This document shows positions 50,801 to 64,000 of a stretch of 64,000 nt of DNA, one piece after another. The notes below the pieces were generated by a model. The model was not told the DNA's origin and did no database searches. It was given only the letters and a program-made list of their open reading frames with translations. Location of the stretch: positions 396,924,001 to 396,988,000 of the forward strand of contig OZ024740.1 of NCBI GenBank assembly GCA_964016885.1. The letters are read 5' to 3'. Every line of letters begins with the position of its first letter. The first letter of the stretch is position 1. A program made the translations under genes and the position numbers. Source of the DNA: Eledone cirrhosa (Eukaryota).

Positions 50801-53800
50801 ATCCAGCATGCAGCCATCCAGCATACAGCCATCCAGCATGCAGCCATCCAGCATACAGCCATCCAGCATGCAGCCATCCAGCATACAGCCATCCAGCATG
50901 CAGCCATCCAGCATACAGCCATCCAGCATACAGCCATTCAGCATCCAGCATGCAGCCATCCAGCATGCAGCCATCCAGCATACAGCCATCCAGCATACAG
51001 CCATCCAGCATACAGCCATTCAGCATCCAGCCATCCAGCATACAGCCATCCAGCATACAGCCATCCAGCCATCCAGCATGCAGCCATCCAGCATACAGCC
51101 ATCCAGCATACAGCCATCCAGCATGCAGCCATCCAGCATACAGCCATCCAGCATGCAGCCATCCAGCATACAGCCATCCAGCATACAGCTATTCAGCATA
51201 CAGCCATCCAGCATACAGCCATCCAGCATACAACCATCCAGCATACAGCCATTCAGCATACAGCCATCCAGCATACAGCCATCCAGCATACAACCATCCA
51301 GCATACAGCCATTCAGCATACAGCCATCCAGCATACAGCCATCCAGCATACAGCCATCCAGCATACAGCCATCCAGCATACAACCATCCAGCATACAGCC
51401 ATCCAGCATACAGCCATCCAGCATACAGCCATCCAGCATACAGCCATCCAGCATACAGCCATCCAGCATACAGCCATTCAGCATACAGCCATCCAGCATA
51501 CAGCCATTCAGCATACAGCCATCCAGCATACAGCCATCCAGCATACAGCCATCCAGCATACAGCCAACCAGCATACAGCCATCCAGCATACAGCCATCCA
51601 GCATACAGCCATCCAGCATACAGCCAACCAGCATACAGCCATCCAGCATACAGCCATCCAGCATACAGCCATTCAGCATGCAGCCATCCAGCATACAGCC
51701 ATCCAGCATACAGCCATCCAGCATACAGCCATCCAGCATACAGCCATCCAGCATACAGCATACAGCCATCCAGCATACAGCCATCCAGCATACAGCCATT
51801 CAGCATGCAGCCATCCAGCATACAGCCATCCAGCATACAGCCATCCAGCATACAGCCATCCAGCATACAGCCATCCAGCATACAGCCATCCAGCATACAG
51901 CCATTCAGCATGCAGCCATCCAGCATACAGCCATCCAGCATACAGCCATCCAGCATACAGCCATCCAGCATACAGCCATCCAGCATACAGCCATCCAGCA
52001 TACAGCCATCCAGCATACAGCCATCCAGCATACAGCCATCCAGCATACAGCCATCCAGCATGCAGCCATCCAGCATACAGCCATCCAGCATACAGCCATC
52101 CAGCATACAGCCATTCAGCATGCAGCCATCCAGCATACAGCCATCCAGCATACAGCCATCCAGCATACAGCCATACAGCCATCCAGCATACAGCCATCCA
52201 GCATACAGCCATTCAGCATACAGCCATCCAGCATACAGCCATCCAGCATGCAGCCATCCAGCATACAGCCATCCAGCATACAGCCATCAAGCATACAGCC
52301 ATCCAGCATACAGCCATCCAGCATACAGCCATTCAGCATACAGCCATCCAGCATACAGCCATCCAGCATGCAGCCATCCAGCATACAGCCATCCAGCATA
52401 CAGCCATCCAGCATACAGCCATCAAGCATACAGCCATCCAGCCATCCAGCATACAGCCATCCAGCATGCAGCCATCCAGCATACAGCCATCCAGCATACA
52501 GCCATCCAGCATACAGCCATCCAGCATGCAGCCATCCAGCATACAGCCATCCAGCATACAGCCATCCAGCATACAGCCATCCAGCATGCAGCCATCCAGC
52601 ATACAGCCATCCAGCATACAGCCATCCAGCATACAGCCATCCAGCATGCAGCCATCCAGCATACAGCCATCCAGCATACAGCCATCCAGCATGCAGCCAT
52701 CCAGCATACAGCCATACAGCCATCCAGCATACAGCCATCCAGCATACAGCCATCCAGCATACAGCCATCCAGCATACAGCCATTCAGCAAACAGCCATAC
52801 AGCCATCCAGCATCCAGCCATTCAGCATACAGCCATCCAGCATACAGCCATCCAGCATACAGCCATTCAGCAAACAGCCATACAGCCATCCAGCATACAG
52901 CCATCCAGCATACAGCCATTCAGCATACAGCCATCCAGCATACAGCCATCCAGCATACAGCATGCAGCATACAGCCATACAGCCATCCAGCATACAGCCA
53001 TCCAGCATACAGCCATCCAGCATACAGCCATCCAGCATACAGCCATCCAGCATACAGCCATCCAGCATACAGCCATCCAGCATACAGCCATTCAGCAAAC
53101 AGCCATACAGCCATCCAGCATACAGCCATCCAGCATACAGCCATCCAGCATCCAGCCATTCAGCATACAGCCATCCAGCATACAGCCATTCAGCAAACAG
53201 CCATACAGCCATCCAGCATACAGCCATCCAGCATACAGCCATTCAGCATACAGCCATCCAGCATACAGCCATCCAGCCTACAGCCATCCAGCATCCAGCC
53301 ATCCAGCATACAGCCATCCAGCATCCAGCCATTCAGCATACAGCCATCCAGCATACAGCCATTCAGCAAACAGCCATACAGCCATCCAGCATACAGCCAT
53401 CCAGCATACAGCCATTCAGCATACAGCCATCCAGCATACAGCCATCCAGCATACAGCCATCCAGCATACAGCCATTCAGCATACAGCCATCCAGCATACA
53501 GCCATTCAGCAAACAGCCATACAGCCATCCAGCATACAGCCATCCAGCATACAGCCATTCAGCATACAGCCATCCAGCATACAGCCATCCAGCATACAGC
53601 CATCCAGCATACAGCCATCCAGCATGCAGCCATCCAGCATACAGCCATCCAGCATACAGCCATCCAGCATGCAGCCATCCAGCATACAGCCATCCAGCAT
53701 GCAGCCATCCAGCATACAGCCATCCAGCATACAGCTATTCAGCATACAGCCATCCAGCATACAGCCATCCAGCATACAACCATCCAGCATACAGCCATTC

Positions 53801-56800
53801 AGCATACAGCCATCCAGCATACAGCCATCCAGCATACAACCATCCAGCATACAGCCATTCAGCATACAGCCATCCAGCATACAGCCATCCAGCATACAGC
53901 CATCCAGCATACAGCCATCCAGCATACAACCATCCAGCATACAGCCATCCAGCATACAGCCATCCAGCATACAGCCATCCAGCATACAGCCATCCAGCAT
54001 ACAGCCATCCAGCATACAGCCATTCAGCATACAGCCATCCAGCATACAGCCATTCAGCATACAGCCATCCAGCATACAGCCATCCAGCATACAGCCATCC
54101 AGCATACAGCCAACCAGCATACAGCCATCCAGCATACAGCCATCCAGCATACAGCCATCCAGCATACAGCCAACCAGCATACAGCCATCCAGCATACAGC
54201 CATCCAGCATACAGCCATTCAGCATGCAGCCATCCAGCATACAGCCATCCAGCATACAGCCATCCAGCATACAGCCATCCAGCATACAGCCATCCAGCAT
54301 ACAGCATACAGCCATCCAGCATACAGCCATCCAGCATACAGCCATTCAGCATGCAGCCATCCAGCATACAGCCATCCAGCATACAGCCATCCAGCATACA
54401 GCCATCCAGCATACAGCCATCCAGCATACAGCCATCCAGCATACAGCCATTCAGCATGCAGCCATCCAGCATACAGCCATCCAGCATACAGCCATCCAGC
54501 ATACAGCCATCCAGCATACAGCCATCCAGCATACAGCCATCCAGCATACAGCCATCCAGCATACAGCCATCCAGCATACAGCCATCCAGCATACAGCCAT
54601 CCAGCATGCAGCCATCCAGCATACAGCCATCCAGCATACAGCCATCCAGCATACAGCCATTCAGCATGCAGCCATCCAGCATACAGCCATCCAGCATACA
54701 GCCATCCAGCATACAGCCATACAGCCATCCAGCATACAGCCATCCAGCATACAGCCATTCAGCATACAGCCATCCAGCATACAGCCATCCAGCATGCAGC
54801 CATCCAGCATACAGCCATCCAGCATACAGCCATCAAGCATACAGCCATCCAGCATACAGCCATCCAGCATACAGCCATTCAGCATACAGCCATCCAGCAT
54901 ACAGCCATCCAGCATGCAGCCATCCAGCATACAGCCATCCAGCATACAGCCATCCAGCATACAGCCATCAAGCATACAGCCATCCAGCCATCCAGCATAC
55001 AGCCATCCAGCATGCAGCCATCCAGCATACAGCCATCCAGCATACAGCCATCCAGCATACAGCCATCCAGCATGCAGCCATCCAGCATACAGCCATCCAG
55101 CATACAGCCATCCAGCATACAGCCATCCAGCATGCAGCCATCCAGCATACAGCCATCCAGCATACAGCCATCCAGCATACAGCCATCCAGCATGCAGCCA
55201 TCCAGCATACAGCCATCCAGCATACAGCCATCCAGCATACAGCCATCCAGCATGCAGCCATCCAGCATACAGCCATCCAGCATACAGCCATCCAGCATGC
55301 AGCCATCCAGCATACAGCCATACAGCCATCCAGCATACAGCCATCCAGCATACAGCCATCCAGCATACAGCCATCCAGCATACAGCCATTCAGCAAACAG
55401 CCATACAGCCATCCAGCATCCAGCCATTCAGCATACAGCCATCCAGCATACAGCCATCCAGCATACAGCCATTCAGCAAACAGCCATACAGCCATCCAGC
55501 ATACAGCCATCCAGCATACAGCCATTCAGCATACAGCCATCCAGCATACAGCCATCCAGCATACAGCATGCAGCATACAGCCATACAGCCATCCAGCATA
55601 CAGCCATCCAGCATACAGCCATCCAGCATACAGCCATCCAGCATACAGCCATCCAGCATACAGCCATCCAGCATACAGCCATCCAGCATACAGCCATTCA
55701 GCAAACAGCCATACAGCCATCCAGCATACAGCCATCCAGCATACAGCCATCCAGCATCCAGCCATTCAGCATACAGCCATCCAGCATACAGCCATTCAGC
55801 AAACAGCCATACAGCCATCCAGCATACAGCCATCCAGCATACAGCCATTCAGCATACAGCCATCCAGCATACAGCCATCCAGCATACAGCCATCCAGCAT
55901 CCAGCCATCCAGCATACAGCCATCCAGCATCCAGCCATTCAGCATACAGCCATCCAGCATACAGCCATTCAGCAAACAGCCATACAGCCATCCAGCATAC
56001 AGCCATCCAGCATACAGCCATTCAGCATACAGCCATCCAGCATACAGCCATCCAGCATACAGCCATCCAGCATACAGCCATTCAGCATACAGCCATCCAG
56101 CATACAGCCATTCAGCAAACAGCCATACAGCCATCCAGCATACAGCCATCCAGCATACAGCCATTCAGCATACAGCCATCCAGCATACAGCCATCCAGCA
56201 TACAGCCATCCAGCATACAGCCATCCAGCATACAGCCATCCAGCATACAGCCATCCAGCATACAGCCATCCAGCATACAGCCATTCAGCAAACAGCCATA
56301 CAGCCATCCAGCATACAGCCATCCAGCATACAGCCATCCAGCATCCAGCCATTCAGCATACAGCCATCCAGCATACAGCCATTCAGCAAACAGCCATACA
56401 GCCATCCAGCATACAGCCATCCAGCATACAGCCATTCAGCATACAGCCATCCAGCATACAGCCATCCAGCATACAGCCATCCAGCATCCAGCCATCCAGC
56501 ATACAGCCATCCAGCATCCAGCCATTCAGCATACAGCCATCCAGCATACAGCCATTCAGCAAACAGCCATACAGCCATCCAGCATACAGCCATCCAGCAT
56601 ACAGCCATTCAGCATACAGCCATCCAGCATACAGCCATCCAGCATACAGCCATCCAGCATCCAGCCATTCAGCATACAGCCATCCAGCATACAGCCATTC
56701 AGCAAACAGCCATACAGCCATCCAGCATACAGCCATCCAGCATACAGCCATTCAGCATACAGCCATCCAGCATACAGCCATCCAGCATACAGCCATCCAG

Positions 56801-59800
56801 CATACAGCCATTCAGCATACAGCCATCCAGCATACAGCCATCCAGCATACAGCCATCCAGCATACAGCCATTCAGCATACAGCCATCCAGCATACAGCCA
56901 TCCAGCATACAGCCATCCAGCATACAGCCATCCAGCATACAGCCATCCAGCATACAGCCATCCAGCATACAGCCATTCAGCATACAGCCATCCAGCATAC
57001 AGCCATTCAGCATACAGCCATTCAGCATACAGCCATCCAGCATCCAGCATACAGCCATCCAGCATACAGCATACAGCCATCCAGCATACAGCCATCCAGC
57101 ATACAGCATACAGCCATCCAGCATACAGCCATCCAGCATACAGCCATCCAGCATACAGCCATCCAGCATACAGCCATTCAGCATACAGCCATCCAGCATA
57201 CAGCCATCCAGCATACAGCCACCCAGCATACAGCCATCCAGCATACAGCCATTCAGCATACAGCCATCCAGCCATCCAGCATACAGCCATTCAGCAAACA
57301 GCCATACAGCCATCCAGCATACAGCCATCCAGCATCCAGCCATTCAGCATACAGCCATCCAGCATACAGCCATTCAGCAAACAGCCATACAGCCATCCAG
57401 CATACAGCCATCCAGCATACAGCCATCCAGCATACAGCATGCAGCATACAGCCATACAGACATCCAGCATACAGCCATCCAGCCATACAGCATACAGCCA
57501 TCCATCATACAGCCATTCAGCCATACAGCATACAGCCATCCAGCATACAGCCATCCAGCATACAGCCATTCAGCCATACAGCATACAGCCATCCAGCATA
57601 CAGCCATTCAGCCAAACAGCATACAGCCATCTCAGCATACAGCCATTCAGCATAAGCAATAAGCATACAGCATACAGCATCAGCATACAGCCATTCAGCA
57701 TACAGCCATCAGCATAGCCATCCAGCATACGCCATGCATAAGCCATACCAGCATACAGAGCCATACAGCCATACAGCCATCCAGCATACAGCCATCCAGC
57801 ATACAGCCATCCAGCATACAGCCATCCAGCATACAGCCATTCAGCATACAGCCATACAGCCATACAGCCATCCAGCATACAGCCATCCAGCATACAGCCA
57901 TCCAGCATACAGCCATCCAGCATACAACCATTCAGCATACAGCCATCCAGCATACAGCCATCCAGCATACAGCCATTCAGCAAACAGCCATACAGCCATC
58001 CAGCATACAGCCATCCAGCATACAGCCATTCAGCATACAGCCATCCAGCATACAGCCATCCAGCATACAGCATGCAGCATACAGCCATACAGCCATCCAG
58101 CATACAGCCATCCAGCCATCCAGCATACAGCCATCCAGCATACAGCCATTCAGCCATACAGCATACAGCCATCCAGCATACAGCCATCCAGCATACAGCC
58201 ATCCAGCATACAGCCATACAGCATACAGCCATCCAGCATACAGCCATCCAGCATACAGCATGCAGCATACAGCCATCCAGCATACAGCCATTCAGCATAC
58301 AGCCATCCAGCATACAGCCATCCAGCATACAGCATGCAGCATACAGCCATCCAGCCATCCAGCATACATCCATTCAGCATACAGCCATCCAGCATACAAC
58401 CATCCAGCATACATCCATTCAGCATACAGCCATCCAGCATACAGCCATCCAGCATACAGCCATCCAGCATACAGCATGCAGCATACAGCCATACAGCCAT
58501 CCAGCATACAGCCATTCAGCATACAGCCATCCAGCATACAGCCATCCAGCATACAGCCATCCAGCATACAGCCATCCAGCATACAGCATGCAGCATACAG
58601 CCATCCAGCATACAGCCATCCAGCATACATCCATTCAGCATACAGCCATCCAGCATACAGCCATCCAGCATACAGCCATCCAGCATACAGCATGCAGCAT
58701 ACAGCCATACAGCCATCCAGCATACAGCCATCCAGCATACAGCCATCCAGCATACAGCCATCCAGCATACAGCATGCAGCATACAGCCATACAGCCATCC
58801 AGCATACAGCCATTCAGCATACAGCCATCCAGCATACAGCCATCCAGCATACAGCATGCAGCATACAGCTATCCAGCATACAGCCATCCAGCATACAGCC
58901 ATCCAGCATACAGCATGCAGCATACAGCCATCCAGCATACAGCCATCCAGCATACAGCCATCCAGCATACAGCCATCCAGCATACAGCCATCCAGCATAC
59001 AGCCATCCAGCATACAGCCATTCAGCATACAGCCATCCAGCATACAGCCATCCAGCATACAGCCATCCAGCATACAGCCATCCAGCATATAGCCATCCAG
59101 CATACATCCATTCAGCATACAGCCATCCAGCATACAGCCATCCAGCATACAGCCATCCAGCATACAGCCATCCAGCATGCAGCCATCCAGCATACATCCA
59201 TTCAGCATACAGCCATCCAGCATACAGCCATCCAGCATACAGCCATCCAGCATACAGCATGCAGCATACAGCCATACAGCCATCCAGCATACAGCCATTC
59301 AGCATACAGCCATCCAGCATACAGCCATTCAGCATACAGCCATCCAGCATACAGCCATCCAGCATACAGCCATTCAGCATACAGCCATACAGCATACAGC
59401 CATTCAGCATACAGCCATCCAGCATCCAGCCATCCAGCATACAGCCATCCAGCATACAGCCATCCAGCATACAGCCATCCAGCATACAGCCATCCAGCAT
59501 ACAGCCATCCAGCATACAGCCATTCAGCATGCAGCCATCCAGCATACAGCCATCCAGCATACAGCCATCCAGCATACAGCCATTCAGCATACAGCCATTC
59601 AGCATACAGCCATCCAGCATACAGCCATCCAGCATACAGCCATTCAGCATACAGCCATCCAGCCATCCAGCATACAGCCATCCAGCATACAGCCATCCAG
59701 CATACAGCCATCCAGCATACAGCCATCCAGCATACAGCCATTCAGCATACAGCCATCCAGCATACAGCCATTCAGCATACAGCCATCCAGCATACAGCCA

Positions 59801-62800
59801 TCCAGCATACAGCCATCCAGCATACAGCCATTCAGCATACAGCCATCCAGCATACAGCCATTCAGCATACAGCCATCCAGCATACAGCCATCCACCATAC
59901 AGCCATCCAGCATACAGCCATTCAGCATACAGCCATCCAGCCATCCAGCATACAGCCATCCAGCATACAGCCATCCAGCATACAGGCATTCAGCATACAG
60001 CCATCCAGCATACAGCCATCCAGCATACAGCCATCCAGCATACAGCCATTCAGCATACAGCCATCCAGCCATCCAGCATACAGCCATCCAGCATACAGCC
60101 ATCCAGCATACAGCCATCCAGCATACAGCCATCCAGCATACAGCCATCCAGCATACAGCATACAGCCATACAGCATACAGCCATCCAGCATACAGCATAC
60201 AGCCATCCAGCATACAGCCATCCAGCATACAGCATACAGCCATCCAGCATACAGCCATCCAGCATACAGCCATCCAGCATACAGCCATCCAGCATACAGC
60301 CATTCAGCATACAGCCATCCAGCATACAGCCATCCAGCATACAGCGATCCAGCATGCAGCCATCCAGCATACAGCCATCCAGCATACAGCCATCCAGCAT
60401 ACAGCCATCCAGCATACAGCCATCCAGCATACAGCCATCCAGCATACAGCCATCCAGCATACAGCATACAGCCATACAGCATACAGCCATCCAGCATACA
60501 GCATACAGCCATCCAGCATACAGCCATCCAGCATACAGCATACAGCCATCCAGCATACAGCCATCCAGCATACAGCCATCCAGCATACAGCCATTCAGCA
60601 TACAGCCATTCAGCATGCAGCCATCCAGCATGCAGCCATCCAGCATACAGCCATCCAGCATACAGCCATCCAGCATACAGCCATCCAGCATACAGCCATC
60701 CAGCATACAGCCATCCAGCATACAGCCATCCAGCATACAGCCATCCAGCATACAGCCATCCAGCATACAGCCATCCAGCATACAGCCATCCAGCATACAG
60801 CCATCCAGCATACAGCCATCCAGCATACAGCCATTCAGCATACAGCCATTTAGCATACAGCCATCCAGCATACAGCCATCCAGCATACAGCCATCCAGCA
60901 TACAGCCATCCAGCATACAGCCATCCAGCATACAGCATACAGCCATACAGCATACAGCCATCCAGCATACAGCATACAGCCATCCAGCATACAGCCATCC
61001 AGCATACAGCATACAGCCATCCAGCATACAGCCATTCAGCATACAGCCATACAGCATACAGCCATTCAGCATACAGCCTTCCAGCATACAGCCATCCAGC
61101 ATACAGCCATACAGCATACAGCCATCCAGCATACAGCCATCCAGCATCCAGCCATCCAGCATACAGCCATCCAGCATACAGCATACAGCCATCCAGCATA
61201 CAGCCATTCAGCATACAGCCATACAGCATACAGCCATTCAGCATACAGCCATCCAGCCATCCAGCATACAGCCATCCAGCATACAGCCATACAGCATACA
61301 GCCATCCAGCATACAGCCATCCAGCATACAGCCATTCAGCATACAGCCATCCAGCATACAGCATACAGCCATCCAGCATACAGCCATTCAGCATACAGCC
61401 ATACAGCATACAGCCATTCAGCATACAGCCATCCAGCCATCCAGCATACAGCCATCCAGCATACAGCCATACAGCATACAGCCATCCAGCATACAGCCAT
61501 CCAGCCATCCAGCATACAGCCATCCAGCATACAGCCATCCAGCATACAGCATACAGCCATCCAGCATACAGCCATCCAGCATACAGCCATCCAGCATACA
61601 GCATACAGCCATACAGCATACAGCCATCCAGCATACAGCATACAGCCATCCAGCATACAGCCATCCAGCATACAGCATACAGCCATCCAGCATACAGCCA
61701 TTCAGCATACAGCCATACAGCATACAGCCATTCAGCATACAGCCATACAGCATACAGCCATCCAGCATACAGCCATACAGCATACAGCCATCCAGCATAC
61801 AGCCATCCAGCATACAGCCATTCAGCATACAGCCATCCAGCATACAGCCATTCAGCATACAGCCATCCAGCATAGATCCATCCAGCATGCAGCATACAGC
61901 CATCCAGCATGCAGCATACAGCCATACAGCCATCCAGCATACAGCCATCCAGCATACAGCATACAGCCATCCAGCATACAGCCATCCAGCATACAGCCAT
62001 TCAGCATACAACCATCCAGCATACAGCCATCCAGCATGCAGCCATACAGCATACAGCCATTCAGCATACAACCATCCAGCATACAGCCATCCAGCATGCA
62101 GCCATCCAGCATACAGCCATCCAGCATACAGCCATCCAGCATACAGCCATACAGCCATCCAGCATACAGCCATTCAGCATACAGCCATACAGCATACAGC
62201 CATCCAGCATACAGCCATCCAGCATACAGCCATTCAGCATACAGCCATCCAGCATACAGCCATTCAGCATACAGCCATCCAGCATACAGCCATACAGCAT
62301 ACAGCCATCCAGCATACAGCCATCCAGCATACAGCATACAGCCATACAGCCATCCAGCATACAGCCATCCAGCATACAGCCATCCAGCATACAGCCATAC
62401 AGCATACAGCCATCCAGCATACAGCCATCCAGCATACAGCATACAGCCATCCAGCATACAGCCATCCAGCATACAGCCATCCAGCATACAGCATACAGCC
62501 ATCCAGCATACAGCCATCCAGCATACAGCCATACAGCATACAGCCATACAGCCATCCAGCCATACAGCCATCCAGCGAGCATCCAACCATCCAGCCATCC
62601 AGCATACAGCCATCCAGCATACAGCCATACAGCATACAGCCATCCAGCATACAGCCATCCAGCATACAGCATACAGCCATACAGCCATCCAGCATACAGC
62701 CATCCAGCATACAGCCATCCAGCATACAGCCATCCAGCATACAGCCATCCAGCATACAGCATACAGCCATCCAGCATACAGCCATCCAGCATACAGCATA

Positions 62801-64000
62801 CAGCCATCCAGCATCCAGCCATCCAGCATACAGCCATGCAGCCATCCAGCATACAGCCATTCAGCATACAGCCATCCACCATACAGCCATCCAGCATCCA
62901 GCCATACAGCATACAGCCATACAGCCATACAGCCATTCAGCATACAGCCATCCAGCATACAGCCATCCAGCATACAGCCATACAGCCATCCAGCATACAG
63001 CCAGCATCCAGCCATCCAGCCATCCAGCATACAGCCATCCAGCATACAGCCATCCAGCATACAGCCATACAGCCATTCAGCATACAGCCATCCAGAATAC
63101 AGCCATCCAGCATCCAGCCATACAGCATACAGCCATACAGCCATACAGCCATTCAGCATACAGCCATCCAGCATACAGCCATCCAGCATACAGCCATACA
63201 GCCATCCAGCATACAGCCAGCATCCAGCCATCCAGCCATCCAGCATACAGCCATCCAGCATACAGCCATCCAGCATACAGCCATCCAGCATCCAGCCATA
63301 CAGCATCCAGCCATCCAGCATATAGCCATCCAGCATACAGCCATTCAGCATACAGCCATCCAGCATACAGCCATCCAGCATACAGCCATACAGCCATCCA
63401 GCATACAGCCATCCAGCATACAGCCATCCAGCATCCAGCCATCCAGCATACAGCATACAGCCATCCAGCATACAGCCATCCAGCATGCAGCCATCCAGCA
63501 TACAGCCATCCAGCATACAGCCATCCAGCATCCAGCCATCCAGCATCCAGCCATCCAGCATACAGCCATACAGCATACAGCCATCCAGCATACAGCCATC
63601 CAGCATACAGCAATCCAGCATACAGCCATCCAGCATACAGCATACAGCCATCCAGCATACAGCCATACAGCATACAGCCATCCAGCATACAGCCATCCAG
63701 CATACAGCCATACAGCATACAGCCATCCAGCATACAGCCATCCAGCATACAGCCATCCAGCATACAGCCATCCAGCATACAGCCATCCAGCATACAGCCA
63801 TCCAGCATACAGCAATCCAGCATACAGCCATCCAGCATACAGCATCAAGCCATCCAGCATGCAGCCATCCAGCATGCAGCCATACAGCATACAGCCATCC
63901 AGCATGCAGCCATACAGCATACAGCCATCCAGCATACAGCCATCCAGCATACAGCCATCCAGCATACAGCCATCCAGCATACAGCAATCCAGCATACAGC
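44841..64000. repeat. 15-bp satellite array (CAGCCATCCAGCATA)n, >19 kb, runs off the window
   Basis: Alternating 8-mer CAGCCATC and 7-mer CAGCATA with recurrent variants (CATG, CATT, CAAA, extra 7- or 8-mers). Confidence 0.98.

Noticed and set aside
44796-63995. Dozens of long W/C/M-rich ORFs on both strands as real genes
   Set aside because: All are translations of the 15-bp unit; every frame gives the same few pentapeptides and frameshifting indels are frequent.
44841-64000. CRISPR array or telomeric repeat
   Set aside because: No unique spacers and no cas genes; the unit is not TTAGGG-like.

Overview
AT-rich eukaryotic DNA, most likely an octopus or other coleoid cephalopod. This is inferred from the SINE/RTE repertoire, (ATG)n-tailed SINEs and dense (TA)n/(CA)n microsatellites. 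Bases 1-44.8 kb are mostly retroelement debris: a 5'-truncated RTE LINE with a PHD-like finger (27.3-30.0 kb), further RTE, R4/Dong and CR1-type fragments, a Penelope-like element (PLE) with GIY-YIG endonuclease (9.8-11.2 kb), several SINE families and TTAA-flanked piggyBac-type MITEs. A few candidate host-gene exons lie at 0.35-5.7 kb. Bases 44,841-64,000 are a 15-bp satellite (CAGCCATC+CAGCATA) with higher-order structure; its giant ORFs are composition artefacts. The most notable signal is a set of type I hammerhead-ribozyme (HHR) motifs. One clean minimal HHR sits in the PLE 3' end. Several more sit in short non-coding fold-back elements within (TA)n tracts, including a variant with a 62-nt multi-hairpin insertion in place of stem II. 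A perfect CTCF consensus lies at the apex of a 136-bp-arm hairpin about 415 bp before the satellite.
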